Source: Cyanophora paradoxa CCMP329 (Eukaryota; Plantae; Glaucophyta). Taken from it: a stretch of 64,000 nucleotides of DNA. Location of the stretch: positions 62,001-126,000 of the forward strand of contig QPMI01000612.1 of assembly GCA_004431415.1 (NCBI GenBank). The letters run 5' to 3'. Below, one piece after another: positions 24,830 to 37,307 of the stretch (position 1 is its first letter; each line of letters begins with the position of its first letter). The position numbers were made by a program, and so were the translations under genes. Below the pieces are notes generated by a model that made no database searches, was not told the origin of the DNA, and worked only from the letters and a program-made list of their open reading frames with translations.

Positions 24830-25900
24830 GGCGCCCGCGTATATATACGTGTATGTGTATGGCAGGCGCGGCGCAGGATATAAACGCTGACGTCGACATT
24901 AATATCCATGATCAGATCGATTTCAGCCTGGCTCATGATCAGGCGATGGCAATTTGCAATAGATCGCACCTCAGCTGCAGGGCCGGGCCTGTGCGTAGTT
25001 TTGCAATTGCAATTGGTCGTACGCGTCCTCTTGTCTACGGTCCGCGGCCGCCCGGGCCGATCGTAGTGCACTCGTAATTTTGCTCGCCGATCGCGAGTCG
25101 TAGTTTGCCCAGTATATACGCCGCGCCGCGCAGCCTGGCAGTCTTCCGGTCCGGGACGCGCAGGTTCGAAGCCTAGTTATAAAGACGCGTCAGGCTGGCG
25201 CTTGCTCCCCGACTTTGAATAAAGACAATCTCAGATCTAGAGTCTACTTTACGAAAGCTGGGCGCTCCGGAGTGCAGACCGTCGGACAGCTGAGAATCCT
25301 GAGATCCGATGATCTAGAAAGAGCGCGCGGCGCGCGCGCTGCAGTGCAGTCCGACGGTCGGCGCGCCGAGTCGTCAAGTCGACTCGGCGAAGCCGCCAAG
25401 TCGGCGCCAACCCGTGACCGACGCTGACCGGCCGTCGGGGTCCGACTCGGGGAGTCGGGGTCCCGGGGACCGTCGATCGATATCGGCCGGCCTCAACGTT
25501 AACTTCCGGATTTTCCGCTCGATCAAGCCTCACATGTACGGTACAACTTGGCAAACTTGAAAGCTCGGAGCCTCGGACGCTACCGGTACCGCCGGCCGGC
25601 GCCGGGCCGGTACTACGGCCGCGGGCCCGCCGCCGGCGGACCAGTCTACGGTACCGGTCGGCGGTAGCGCGCGCGCGGCGCGGCGCCGCGGCGCCGCGCG
25701 CGCGCCGGCCGCGGGGCGCCGCCGGGCCGGCGCGCGGGTACTACGGTACGTATACGTATATATACGTATGGCCGTACGCGTAATTATAATCGTCGCGTAT
25801 ACGGAGCGTAACGAGAAACGCGAGTGGCTCCGAGGCGCTGAGCCTCCGGATCCGACTAGTACTCTATCGTCCGAGTACGTATACTAGTCGCTTCGCCGAG
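24830..25900. repeat. Extremely palindrome-rich low-complexity spacer
   Basis: Examples: TACCGGTACC, GCCGGCCGGCGCCGG, CGTATACGTATATATACG, GCAATTGCAATTG. Confidence 0.8.
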
Positions 25901-26663
25901 TCGAGTGGAGCGAACAGTGATGGGATTACAGATTAGACCAAAATCCGCACTTTTATTATAATATTACACTAACGTTATATAATATTATTATAACGATTAG
26001 CGTATTATAAATAACGCTCCATAGAGAGGGCACCCCCGCACCTCACAGTACAGCTCGAAAACGTTAGAAAAGGGATAAGAACATCGCCTAAGCTCTTATA
26101 CTGTGGATTTCAGAATGCAGACATCTAAATTCCCGTGGTTTCACCAGAGGGAGGCGCCGTACCCACTGTACCCCCGTGGCTGGACGGGCGGGCGGGCGAC
26201 CTGCCGGAACGCCAAAGATGCTGTACGACTCTTATAGCTTGCTGCGCATCGTTTCTTTTTGACGTAGGCGTTGCTAAGCATGAATTACGCAGCGTTTAGA
26301 GTGTTTGTAGCCTGTATCCCCCCCGGTTATTTTATTGTTATCGATAACTGCCGCCCTGGGACTATTACAGTAATGTTTATTATAATAATTATATAAATGA
26401 GTATTATTTTGTATTATAAATTAGAGACTCATCACTGGGAGCGAAACGACGCGGCTACCAAGTACTTCGTACCCAGTACTGGCGAGTGCCTCGTCGCAGC
26501 CGTCGCGAAGAAGAGCGCCGGCGTTCGAATTCGATCCCGAGCAATTGCAATTGTCAAGATCTGTTCTTATGAGCGTATAATTTACGATCCCATTGCCAGT
26601 GCACGTGAAAGACAGGAATTCTGGGAACAGTGGGAAGAAGCTCGGGGTCTCAGTGGAGCGGGG

Positions 26664-29600
26664 TCATGAGGGGCATGGAGGTGGGCAGATGCGCGGGGGC
26701 GGGGCCCTGGGCAGCGGGGGCGGCCCCGTGGCCGGAGGGCCAGGCCTGGTGGGAGAGGAGCCCTTGGGCAAGGGGCGCGCTCGGCGGGCGCGGCGCCGCC
26801 GCGTGCGGCGCGGCGTGCTCCGGCGCAGAGGCCGCTGACGCGGGCCGCGGCGGCTCGGGCTCGGGCAGGGCGGGGCCGGGGCCGGGGCCGCGGGCGCGGG
26901 CGGGAGTGCGAGGTCGAGGCAGTCGCGGGCGAGGGAGAGGCGGGAGCGGAGGAGGAGGGTGGAGGTGGCGAGGCGAGCGACGATGGCGTCGACGGCGGAG
27001 ACGTACGCGTCGATGGAGCCGCCGGGGCGGTCGACCGCGGCGATCGCCTCGGTGCCCTCGCGCTGCAGCGCCAGGCACAGGTCCACGTGCGCCCGGTGCG
27101 CCGCCAGCAGCTCGCCCCGCTCCTCCTCCCCCAGCGCCCCCGGCCCCGCCCCCGCCCCGCCCCGCCCCGCCCCCCGCCCCGCCCCCCGCGCGGCCCGCTC
27201 CCCGAGGGCGGCAGCGGCGGGCGGCCGCCCCGGGGCAGGCCCTCGGCCGAGGCAGCCAGCGGCTCGTCGCGGCGGCGCCGGGGGCCCGGCACGGGCGAGC
27301 TCCGCGGCGGCTGCGGGGCCGGGGCGCGGGGCGGGGGCGGGCATCGCGGGGAGGCGTGGCGGGGCGGGGCGGGAGCGGCTGCGGGGCGTGGGAGCGCTGC
27401 GAGGCGTCCCCGGGGGGCCCTCGGCGATGGGGGAGAGGAGGGGCCCCGCCCCCGGCGGCTCCTCGTCGAAGGGGCCGCCGCCGGGGCGGGCGGGGATGGC
27501 GAGCGGCGCGAGGCGCTTCGAGGGGAGCGCGAGGGGGTCTTCTCGGCGGGGGCCGCGACGGCGACGTGCGCCTCGGGGGCCGGCGGCCGCATGCGCGGCT
27601 CGCTGTGCGCGCGCGGCACGGGCATGCGGAAGCCCCGCGGCCTGCGCGGCGGCGCCGACGGCGGCCGCTCCGGCTCCGACGCGCCGCCGGCGGCAGCGGC
27701 GGCAGCGGCCGCGGCGGCGGCGGCGGCGGCGGCCGCGGCGGCGGCGGAGGAGGAGGAGGAGGGCGGGTTGCGGCTAGGGAGGGGCATGGAGGGGGCGCGC
27801 GGGGGCCGCTGCAGCACGAGCGGCTGCATGGCGCGCCGGTTGGGGGACGGCGGGCGCGGGATGCGGAGGTCTGCGAAGCACGCGGGTCACGGCGAGGGGA
27901 GCGGGGGCGGGGCGGGGGCGGGGCGGGACCCTTGACGCGGTCGGCGTAGCGGAGGGTGTTGAGGGTGAACTCGATGTTGGACGAGGAGGGGGAGCAGCAC
28001 GCGATCTGCCCCCCGCGAGGTCAGCCGGCGCCGCCCGAGCCCTCGCTGCGCCGCCGCGCGCCATCACGGTCGAGGCCTGGCCCACGAAGGACTCCTTGAG
28101 GACGGTGGTGAGGACGGAGCCCCGGAACGGGATGTGCTGCTCCCGCCCCCCGGGCCGCTGCATGTGCAGCGCGCGGATGCACTCTGCGGTGCGCGGGAGC
28201 GCGCTCGGGCGGGGCGGAGCCGGGGGGAGAGCGGGTGGGGGCGGACCCTTCAGCGCGAGCAGCGACTTGTTGATCTCCGCCCTGGAGGGGGAGGAAGAGG
28301 AGGGGCGGTGAGCTGGGAGTGGGGGGGCGGAGGTGCGGGGCGGGGGGTACGGACCCCTCCTGGCGGGTGCGGCGGTCCTTGGCGACGGTGTCCGCCCCGC
28401 GCTCGTTGCCGGCCAGGTCCGTGATCGACAGGCGCCCCGCCTCTCTCCCCGAACCGTCTGCTCAGCCCGCCCGGCTCACCGGGGGGCGGCGTCGAACGGA
28501 GGCGGGGGGCGGACCGCGGAGGGCGAGCTGGAGGATGGCGTGGGAGCGGGAGGAGAAGTCGTTGGCGCCGGTGGCGCCCACGGAGCGCGCGCGGAGGCCC
28601 TCGCGCTGGATGGCGAGGAGCTCGCCGCAGGCCCGCGCCGTGCGCTCCGAGAGGCCCACCACCACCACGTTCCCTGCCCCGCCCAACCCCCTTCAGCCCC
28701 GCCAGGCGCCCCCGGGGCATGGCAGAGCCCCGGGGCGGAGGCCTAGAGAGGCTACGCGTGGGGATCTGCAGCACGAGCCCCCCCCCCCCTCAAAGGCGGG
28801 TGCGGACCCTTGCCGTCGTCGCGGGTGACGAGCTTCTCGCGCCGGTTCAGCAGGTCGAAGAGCCCCGACCCGTACACCTGCCAGCCCGGCGCCCCCAGCG
28901 TCAGCGGCGGCGCACGTCAGACGACCCCCCGACCCCCCTCTCTCTCCTCCGGGGCGGAGGGGGCCGGGGCAGGGGCCGGGGCCGGGGGCGGGGGCGGGGC
29001 GGGCCTCGAAGAAGGAGACGGCGACGGTGAGGTCGCGGAGGGCGGGGTGCGCGAAGAGGTCCGCCGCCGCCAGCTCGAAGAGGCCACGCTGCCCCCGGCC
29101 CCCTCACCCTCCCACCCCACCACGCGCCGCCGCCGGCGCAGGCTTGGCGCCGGGCGCGCGTGCGCACCTCGCTGGGGTCGCCCCCCGTCGCCGCCCCGCC
29201 CATCAGCGTATGCGTCTTCCCCGAGCCCGTCTGGCCGCTGCCGGCGCGCGGGTCAGAGGTGGGAAGCAGAAGAGGCCTAGAGTAGGAGCAGGGAGGGGGG
29301 GTAGGGGGCGCACTAGGCGAAGCAGGAGCCGCGGCCGCCCTCGGCGAGGACCTTGGCGAGGAGGGGCGCGAGGACGCGGCGGTAGACGGCCGCGTTGTCC
29401 TCCCGCTCGTCGATCGCCTCGTCGAAGATGAACGCTGCCCCCCGCCCTCCTCAGCGCCCCCGCCGTCGAGCGCCCACGCCGGCACAGGAGAAGGCCCCCG
29501 GCGCGCTTTCACGCATTTTATCGAAGCGGCCGCGCTCTGTCACTCTGTATACTACGCCGCGTATAGGGGACGGGGGCGGCGGGGAGGAGGCGGCGACCGT

Positions 29601-30875
29601 GCTTGCTTCCTAGCGCGCGGGGGTGCACGGGAGGCGGGGCGGCCTCTAAGGGGGCAGGGCGGCAGGCAGCAGAGGACGCACGGTGCTCCTCCTGGTAGGT
29701 CGTCAGGTCGACGCGGACCTTGGGCTGCGCGCGGGGGGCTCAGACACGGGCGGCGAGGGCGCGGCGAGGGCGACCGGCTCGCTCGCCTCCGTGACGGTCA
29801 GCTGGTGGCGGCTCATCACGTGCACGACGTCCTTCGCCTTGCCCGCAGCCTCGCGCCCTGCACGCGCCCCACGCAGGCGTGTCAGCGACGCGGCGGAGCG
29901 GGCCGGGGCGGGCGGGGGGGCGGAGGGGACCGTTGAGGGGCCGCTTGCGGACGCAGACGCGGATGCGGCCGTCGCCGAAGCTGAAGTGCTCGGGCGTCGA
30001 GACGCGCACCGGCTGCGGGCTCGCCAGGATGTCCCCGTGCTGCGCCGCCGCCGCCCCGCCCCGCCCCGCCCGCGGCTCGCTCATGCTCCGCGAGCGCTCG
30101 GGGATCAGCTGCCGCTTCACGCGCGGCGGCAGCTTCGTCGGGCTGCCGTGCGCCCGCACGGGCACCGGCGCGACCAGGGACGGTTCCGACGCGCGCAGCA
30201 GCGGCTCCCGCTCGGCGATCCGGACCGGCGTGAACTCCACCGGCAGCGAGGGGCCAGGCGGGGGCAGCGCCGGGGGGAGCGGCAGCGGCTCCGAGGGCCG
30301 CAGCGGGGGGGAGAACGCGCTGGCCACCTGAGTGGCGGCAAGTGAGTCAGTGGCGGGGCGCGGCTGCGCCGGGGAGCGGGGCGGACCTTGCCCGACTGCT
30401 GCACGGGCGCCTCGGCGAACGACGGCTTGCGCCCGTGTGCCGTCCGCGGTGGCGGCGGCGGCGGCACTGTCGGCACCGAGGAGGCCTCTCCCCGGATCGG
30501 CGACAGCGGGGCGTTCTTCAGCGGCGACAGCGGGGCGTTCTTCAGTGGCGACAGGGGCGCCGCGGCGGCGGCGGCGGGCGGCGGGTGGTTGCCGTTCAGC
30601 GCCTGCAGCGGCGTGACTGCTATCGTCCTGGGCGGCGCTGCCGGAGTCGCGGGCTTCTCGGTGCTCAAGCCTTCAACGAGTATTGATGCCTCCTCGAGGT
30701 TCTCGCTCCTTCCACCATCTCTCGACGGAGGCACACGCAAGCGATCGGTGGTCTCTAAGGCCGTGATGCTGTTTAGCTTCGCGCGCTCCTCCTCGGCGGG
30801 GCGTTTGGCAGGCGAGAGTGGCTGGGGCTTCACGTGGACAACTGTCACACCGCTCTTGGCACAACAGCCACCCAT
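26664..30875 (-). CDS. Kinesin-13 family (KIF2/MCAK-like) with internal motor domain
   Basis: [93 protein letters not shown]. The C-terminal end is approximate. Confidence 0.92.
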
Positions 30876-31260
30876 CGCTGCAGCTGCTTAGGAGGCGATA
30901 GTTGGTCGCCCCAACTGGTTGACAACTGGTCGGGCCCGGCGCCGGCCGGGCCGGTGTATGCACGAGCAGTACGCTCTAAAAGCTGAGAATTGCAAGCTAC
31001 GCCCTGCCTTGTGGATCCATTGACGAGTTGCTGGTCGTTTGGCAACTTCGTATCCGCGTACCCGTGCTGAGCTGGTCCTGAGCTGGACCGAGCTGGTCCT
31101 GAGTTGGCGCCGCCGCCGCCGCGATACGCGAAGCGCCGCCGCCGCTCTTTGGCAACCTGGTCGACTCAGCCGGGCTAGCTTACGCCGTCGTGCCAGCTCC
31201 GCCGTCTAGCTCCGCGGCTGCAAATCCCACCTGGCGTACGCGCGAGTAAGCGGCGCAGGC

Positions 31261-32370
31261 ATGGCGACGGGTTACGCATTCATTCACGGCTTCGCCTCGG
31301 GGCCCTCCTCCATGAAGGGGACAATGCTGCAGAAGATCTTCAAGGAGAAGCACCGCACGCCGCTGCTGCTTCCCGATGTGAACCAGCCATCATTCCGCGA
31401 CCTCGAGTACAACTCCTGCCTCGCGCACCTGCTCAAGATCAGCACCGCTGCCGACCAGTGGTACGCTTAGCTTGGCGCCCGCGTAGCTTGCTCACCGCGC
31501 CGCAGGTGCCTGATTGGCTCGTCGATGGGCGGCTACCTCAGTGCACGTTTTGCAGAGCTGCACCCAGAAAAGGCTCGTTCGCTGAACCACAGACCTCGCA
31601 TGCATTACCGTCAGCGCAGGTCAGCCGGCTGGTGCTCATCTGCCCTGCGTTCGACCTGGGGCGCCTGTTGTCCAAAATGACCGGGGGCGAGGAGGGCATG
31701 CGACAGTGGCGTGAGACAGGTCATTCTGTGTATTTTGTAGCTCGAGCTGCCCTTGCGCCCGTTGCCCTGCGCTGTACCCCACTACGAGCGATCCTTTGCC
31801 TAGCCGCCCTAGCGCCCTACAGTCTCCCAACCCCTTATCTCCACCTTCGCCCAACCTGTACCCTCACTCAGGGCGGCGGAAATTCATGTCGTACGCCACG
31901 GGCGCCGAGGAGGAGGTGGGATACGAGTTCGTCCGGCAAGCGCTCGAGGCGTGTACCCCCTCTCCGGCATCGCGGGTCCCGTACCCCGCCGCCTCACCCA
32001 ACCCCCACTACAGGACCACCCCGCCTTCCCTGACGTTGGGAGCGTTCCCACGGTGGGAGCGCCGCTTCGCCCTTCCCGCGAGCAACGGCTCACGGGGCGG
32101 GCGGGCGGTGGCGGCGGCAGCTGATCATCCACGGGCGGCAAGACGAGGTGGTGCCGATCGAATCGAGCCGCCAGTACGCCGCAGCGCGGCCAGCCACCGT
32201 CCGCCTTCTCGAGGCGCGCGCCGCCCCTCCCGCTCCCTTCCCGGCGCCCCGCGGCCGCTGATCATGGGCCCTTGCAGGTGGACGACGAGCACGGGATGGT
32301 GCGGCCCGAGACGATGGAGCTCCTCACGCGCGAGATCGCCGCGTTCTTCGCGCTCCCCGCCGCCCCCTAG
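31261..32370 (+). CDS. YqiA/UPF0227-like alpha/beta hydrolase (esterase)
   Basis: HGFASGPSS, nucleophile elbow LIGSSMGG, IIHGRQDEVVP and DDEHG supply a Ser-Asp-His triad. Confidence 0.85.
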
Positions 32371-33297
32371 CCCCGCCCCCGGCCGCTCCGAGGCCCGCTT
32401 CCGAGTTCGCTAGCTGAAATCGACATTGCTAAATTCGACAATTGAAAGCTATATATTGCTACCACAAATCACGCTCATGATCACGGTCAGACGATCTCCG
32501 GTCCCTACGTACATACCGTAGTACGTATACCGTAGTATTGTAACATGAACAAGGACTGAAAGAAATGCCGGATGCACTACTACTGCAAGTAACTTAGTAC
32601 AGTAACGAGTTCAACGATTTGCATTAGCACATCCATACAACAATGAAGTCGTAACGTCGACCATACCCTCACTGAAAACAGTATCCAGGAAGAGAATATG
32701 AGGACTCTCGCGTGCTGTGCCTAAACACTACTACTGCATTTCTACTTTTCCTGTGACGTCTACTTTGCTGCATTTCTAAGTCCTACGGAAGCCTAATTAT
32801 ATTTCCGAAGATCCTAATCCCTGCTGGCAATGCCCTATAGCTACTCCATCCTCGTAGCATGCCGCAAATAGATAAAGAAAAGGTGTGAAAGAGAAAGGTT
32901 GCTGGCCAGCCCCTGTATAGTGGGCTACTGGCTCCCGCTCCACTGTTTGCGTCCTCCTCGTGTTGTTGTCCCCGCCGTGCCCCCCAAGCCCCCCCCAGAA
33001 AGCACCCCCTCTCAACGTTTAACGTGGTCTGGTCCTTGCTGTCCCCACGCCCCATGCATACTCTTAGTACAGTAACGAGAGTCACTGAGTGTACATGTAC
33101 TTCGCTGTGATCCGATGATCTGCCCTAATCGATTTCGGACTGTCCGAAGTTTTCGTTCTGCGCGTCGGAACAGAGGCAGAAAACTTTTTCTGCTCTCCGT
33201 TCCGTCCGCCAGAACGGACCCCCCCTTCCACCTGTGCATGTTCAAAAATCAATCATTGAATGCAACGTTAACAAGCACTGATGGTCATGACCATGAG

Positions 33298-33867
33298 CTA
33301 GCAGCTGCAGCCGTGGCTCAAGAAGCGCGCCTCTTCCGCCTCCTTCGCGTTGCGGAAGCGCCGAATGCCCTCCCGGAAGGGCTCGTGGGGGTTGAAATCG
33401 ACCCGGAGGGCGTCGCAAGTCGCCGCATGGTGGCACGAACCACCGCGCGTGACGTAGCGGCCCTTGTAGTCCCTCGAGTACGGCTCTTTGACGCGGGGGG
33501 TGCCCTTGTGAACGGGCAACTTGATGTCCGACGCCTCTCCGGCTTTGCAGCCGAGGCATGCTTCGAAATCGGCGCGGCGCGCGTCCCGCAGGCTGGCGAA
33601 GCGCCACAGGCCCTCCCGCAGCGGCCGGTCTACGTCGCCGTTGACGTGCAGGGCGTAGCAGCCCGCGCGGTGGTACTTCTCCCCAATGTCGCCGGTCACG
33701 TACCGCCCCACCACGTCGTCTGGTACGGTCGTAATATTGACGACAGGCTCCCCCCCGTGCTCCTGCGCCCGGGACGCTTTTATGTTCAACGGTTGGCAAA
33801 ATTCGAAAGCGGCCAATGCGCCGACTAGATTGAGACCTATAGCTGGGGTAGTGCCAATTGAAATCAT
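33298..33867 (-). CDS. Intronless ORF with two Ada-type metal-binding-like repeats; 3' part of a decayed gene
   Basis: GRYVT-x5-KYHRAGC...RFASLRDARRADFEACLGC and GRYVTRGGSCHHAATC...RFRNAKEAEEARFLSHGCSC. Confidence 0.55.
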   Translation of the reverse strand: MISIGTTPAIGLNLVGALAAFEFCQPLNIKASRAQEHGGEPVVNITTVPDDVVGRYVTGDIGEKYHRAGCYALHVNGDVDRPLREGLWRFASLRDARRADFEACLGCKAGEASDIKLPVHKGTPRVKEPYSRDYKGRYVTRGGSCHHAATCDALRVDFNPHEPFREGIRRFRNAKEAEEARFLSHGCSC

Positions 33868-34550
33868 CTAATCGTAACGCACCTGGATAATGCAGTTTCT
33901 GATGTCAGCGGCGCTAAGCGGGCTTCCTGTACACAGAAAGCATTAATAAAGGATGCGGAACGGCAGCTGCCACACGACTTCGGGGAACGCACGAGGAGGC
34001 GTGCTCGCAGCCTGAGTTGGCGGCGCCGGCAGGCTCGGAGGGAGAGCGATGGATATGTTCGGGACCAGCTGCGGCTTCGCATTTGACGGCTCCGGCTGCA
34101 GCTGCGCATAACACGCGCACGGAGGCGACCTCGGGACCTCGAGATCTTCGCCGGGCTCGCGCTTCACTGTATGCGCAGCTGAGCGTGCTCGAGCTCGAGC
34201 TCCCAGCTCGACTTCGTCGGGCTCGCGCTTTACGTTTACCGCAGCTGCAGCTGCAGCTGCGCGCGGCGCGTTCAAGGACCCGAGATTTAATATTCCGGCC
34301 GCTGGAGCACGCACGTGCAGGCGGCAGATGCAGGTCCGCGGTCGGTCGCGATGCATATGTAAACGTCGTCTCGAGCTCGAGCTCGACGACTGCTTCTGCA
34401 GCTGCAGCTGCAGGCGGCGCCGGCTGCAGAGGCGCTTCATCGACGACGCGCTCGAGTTTTACTACTGCTTCCAGGCGCGGGCCAAGGTTGCGGCAAACAC
34501 GTCGCTGCACGCGGGTTAGGCGCGCGCCTTAAGCTTAAAGCTTTTTTAAG
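33667..34550. repeat. 884-bp direct repeat, copy A (putative giant target-site duplication)
   Basis: Identical by eye to 37308-38191 (offset 3641). Confidence 0.95.
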
Positions 34551-37307
34551 TTTTTTTTTTTTTTCAGTAATCCCTAGTGTATTAGGGGACTGGTGCCCCA
34601 AGTTGACAAACAGCTAATGCTATCTGCCTACCCTAGGCCTAAGCCTACAAACACACGACAAGTCTAGCTTACCTCCCCCCTATTGGGTCTCCAGCTAGAC
34701 TAACCCCGAGGGAATCTCCCTACTGCGAGCCCTACCCCCTAAGGCCACTCTTGCGGCCCTCGGTGGGGCCTCCCCCAGCGGCCGCGCGAGCGCGGCCATT
34801 GGGGGGGTGGGGTTGGGGGTGGGGAGCTGGGGCCGGAGAGTTTATTGGGGCAGGGCCCCGGAGGATTTATTGCGCACCGCCTCTGCGGTGCGAGCGCCGC
34901 CGGGCGCGGGGCCCCCGGGGGAGGGGTTGGGGCCCCCCATCCGGCGGCGGGTCCCGCCCTGCAGGCTGCCAGCGGCGTGGCAGCCTGCACCTGCGCGGGC
35001 GGGACCGGACCTGGCGCGGGCAGGCAGGCCACGCCCGAGGGGCCTGCTCTCCTCCAGGAGTGGGCCTCTCAAGCGCGAGCGTGGCGTCAGCCCGGCGCGC
35101 GCGGGCAGGGAGTGCACACTTTGGGCTCAGGGTCTGTAGCCCAGCGGGGAGAGGCCGAAGATGAGGAGGGACTGGATGAGGTCGCCGCGGTGGAGCAGGG
35201 GGTGGTACCTTGGGGGCAGAGAAGGGGTACGGGGCTCGGTGGAGGCGGCGGTGACGGCCCAGGGGGTGTAGGCAGAGGGGACATCGGTCTGGGGCGGGAG
35301 TGCCTCGGGGTGGAGCTGGCGCGCGCGGGCGGAAAACTCGAATGGGGGCGGTGGTGCGGGGACCGAGGGCGGTGCCGGCGGTGGTGGGGGGGCCCGGCGG
35401 CGGGGGGCGCGGGGCTGGCGGGGCGGGGGCCGGTCTTGCGGTTCGACGGGTGACGGCGGTGTGGGGGGGTCAGAGAGGCTCGCCGAGGCGGGGGAGTCCG
35501 GGGGGGGGCGGTCCTGTGGATCAGGGGCTGGGACAGCCGGACCTGCACGTCGGGCTCCGCGGTCTCCACGTGCAAGAAGATTGTTGCGGGCGGAGGTGAA
35601 GCCGGCCGAGTCACGGAGGGCGGCCAGCTCACGCTCGCGGCGCGTGAGGCGGCGGGGTAGCGGGGCTGGGCTGCGGGGAGGGGAGGAGGCTGGGGGTGTG
35701 GGGGGAGGGGCTGGGGGGAAGGGGGGGGAGACGGGCCGGGGACGGTGGAGGGCCGGTCGGGCGGGCGAGGGGAGGGGGCCGGGGTGGCGGAGGGTCCGCT
35801 GGGGCGGGGGCGGCGGGGAGTCCGGAGGGGGAGGGGGCAGTTGCGAGTCGGGCCGGGGGAACGGGGGAGAGACCGACCGCGGACCGGAAGTAGGATTGGA
35901 GGGGGCGCATCGCCACGGTCGTCCCTCTGCCGCGACCTTTGCCGCGGCCCTTGCCGGGTCGAGCTGTGCCGGCACCTAGTCGGGAGGAAGGGCCTGTCGC
36001 CTCCGGTCGGCCTGTCGGAGGTGGGCGAGGCGAGGCGGGGGGCGGGGCGGGGCGTGGGGGGCGGGGGGTCCGGGGCTCGCGGCGGCGGGGTGGAGCCGGA
36101 GCCGGAGGGGGCTGGGGCGGACCTCTGGGGCCGGGTCCGGGTGCTGGGGGCCGTTGGCTTGTGGCTAGGATTCGGGTGAGGATGAGGCTGTGCCAGTGGG
36201 CGCAGCACCGGCTGCTGCCATCGAAGGGCGAGTTGGGGTCCGTGAGCGCGTCTTCTTGGCCCCGGACCAGGGCGTCTGCCAGGGCACAGACAATTACACC
36301 GCAGCTGAAGCGGTCCCGTTGTTCGGGGATGGGGTACCTGGTGGCCGATGCAAGCGGCCAGGCGGTGGGGTCGTCTGAGGGAAGGTTGCGTTCCCGGCGC
36401 TCGAGCTGGAGCCAGCGGAGAATCGGGGCCAGCTTCTCTCGAGCCGACTCTGCGTTTGGCAGGTTGTAGGCATCATAGAGTTCGGCTCGACGGTCACGTA
36501 CGTGGATCGCAGCGAAGGTCCAGTGGCCCGGTGAGTGGATCGGGAAGAGCAGAACATCGAAGTCGAACGGGCTGACCCCGCGGGCTACCAGCTTGTTGTG
36601 AAGGCGCTGGGGCCTCGGCCTGGCGCGGAGAGGTTAGGGTACTCAAGCGAGTCAAAGATTAGTGGACGGCGGGCCAGGGCAGGGAGTTGGGCGAGGAGGG
36701 CGAGGTAGAAGACAACGGTCTCGTCGTCTAACCAGGTCTCACCATTGAGCCGACTGAGAGATCTCCTCGTGACGTTGATGCTGCCCGAGGTACCGAGCAG
36801 CGGCGAGGAGATCTGTCGGAGTACTTCCTGCGCAGGCTTTAGCGGGCCGGGTCGGGTCTGTGCCCACGCTAGGCGGACCTCTTCGGACGGCGGCAGGGGG
36901 GGCCACGGGCTGGGCTGCGGGCGGGTCGGGGCCGCGGGCAAGGGTGAGTGCCGGGGCTCCGGCGGGTGAGGCGCTGGGGGGCTCAGGGGGGGTGGAGGGT
37001 TAAGCTGGGGGGCTGAGCTCACGGGAGGGGCGTCCGATCGCGAGGTTGCTTTGGGGTTCGTGGGCGGGCTGTGCGGGCTGTCTGCGGCGACATTCATCAG
37101 GTCATGGGCGTCGGGCGGGGAGGGCGGGCAAGCTGGACGGTCTGTGCTCGACCGGCCTACTGCTGAGTGCGCATCGCGCGCTGGCGCTGCCGTCGGCTGG
37201 AGACGGGCGCGTTCCGGTACGCTTGGGGGTACCGGAATACTACTGACCGGCACTACGGGTGCGGGCTGCGGGTTCGGGTCCGGCTGGGGGCGTGTCTCCC
37301 GGGCGCG
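34551..37307 (-). mobile_element. 5'-truncated non-LTR-type retroelement with poly(A) tail carrying a Ulp1/C48 peptidase domain
   Basis: T14 at 34551-34564 is an A-tail on the minus strand, preceded by a CCCTA/TAGGG hairpin. Intronless. Encodes WLDDETV...FPIHSPGHW...LYDAYN...EQRDRFSCG with a frameshift near 36620. No RT in the retained part. Confidence 0.75.
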
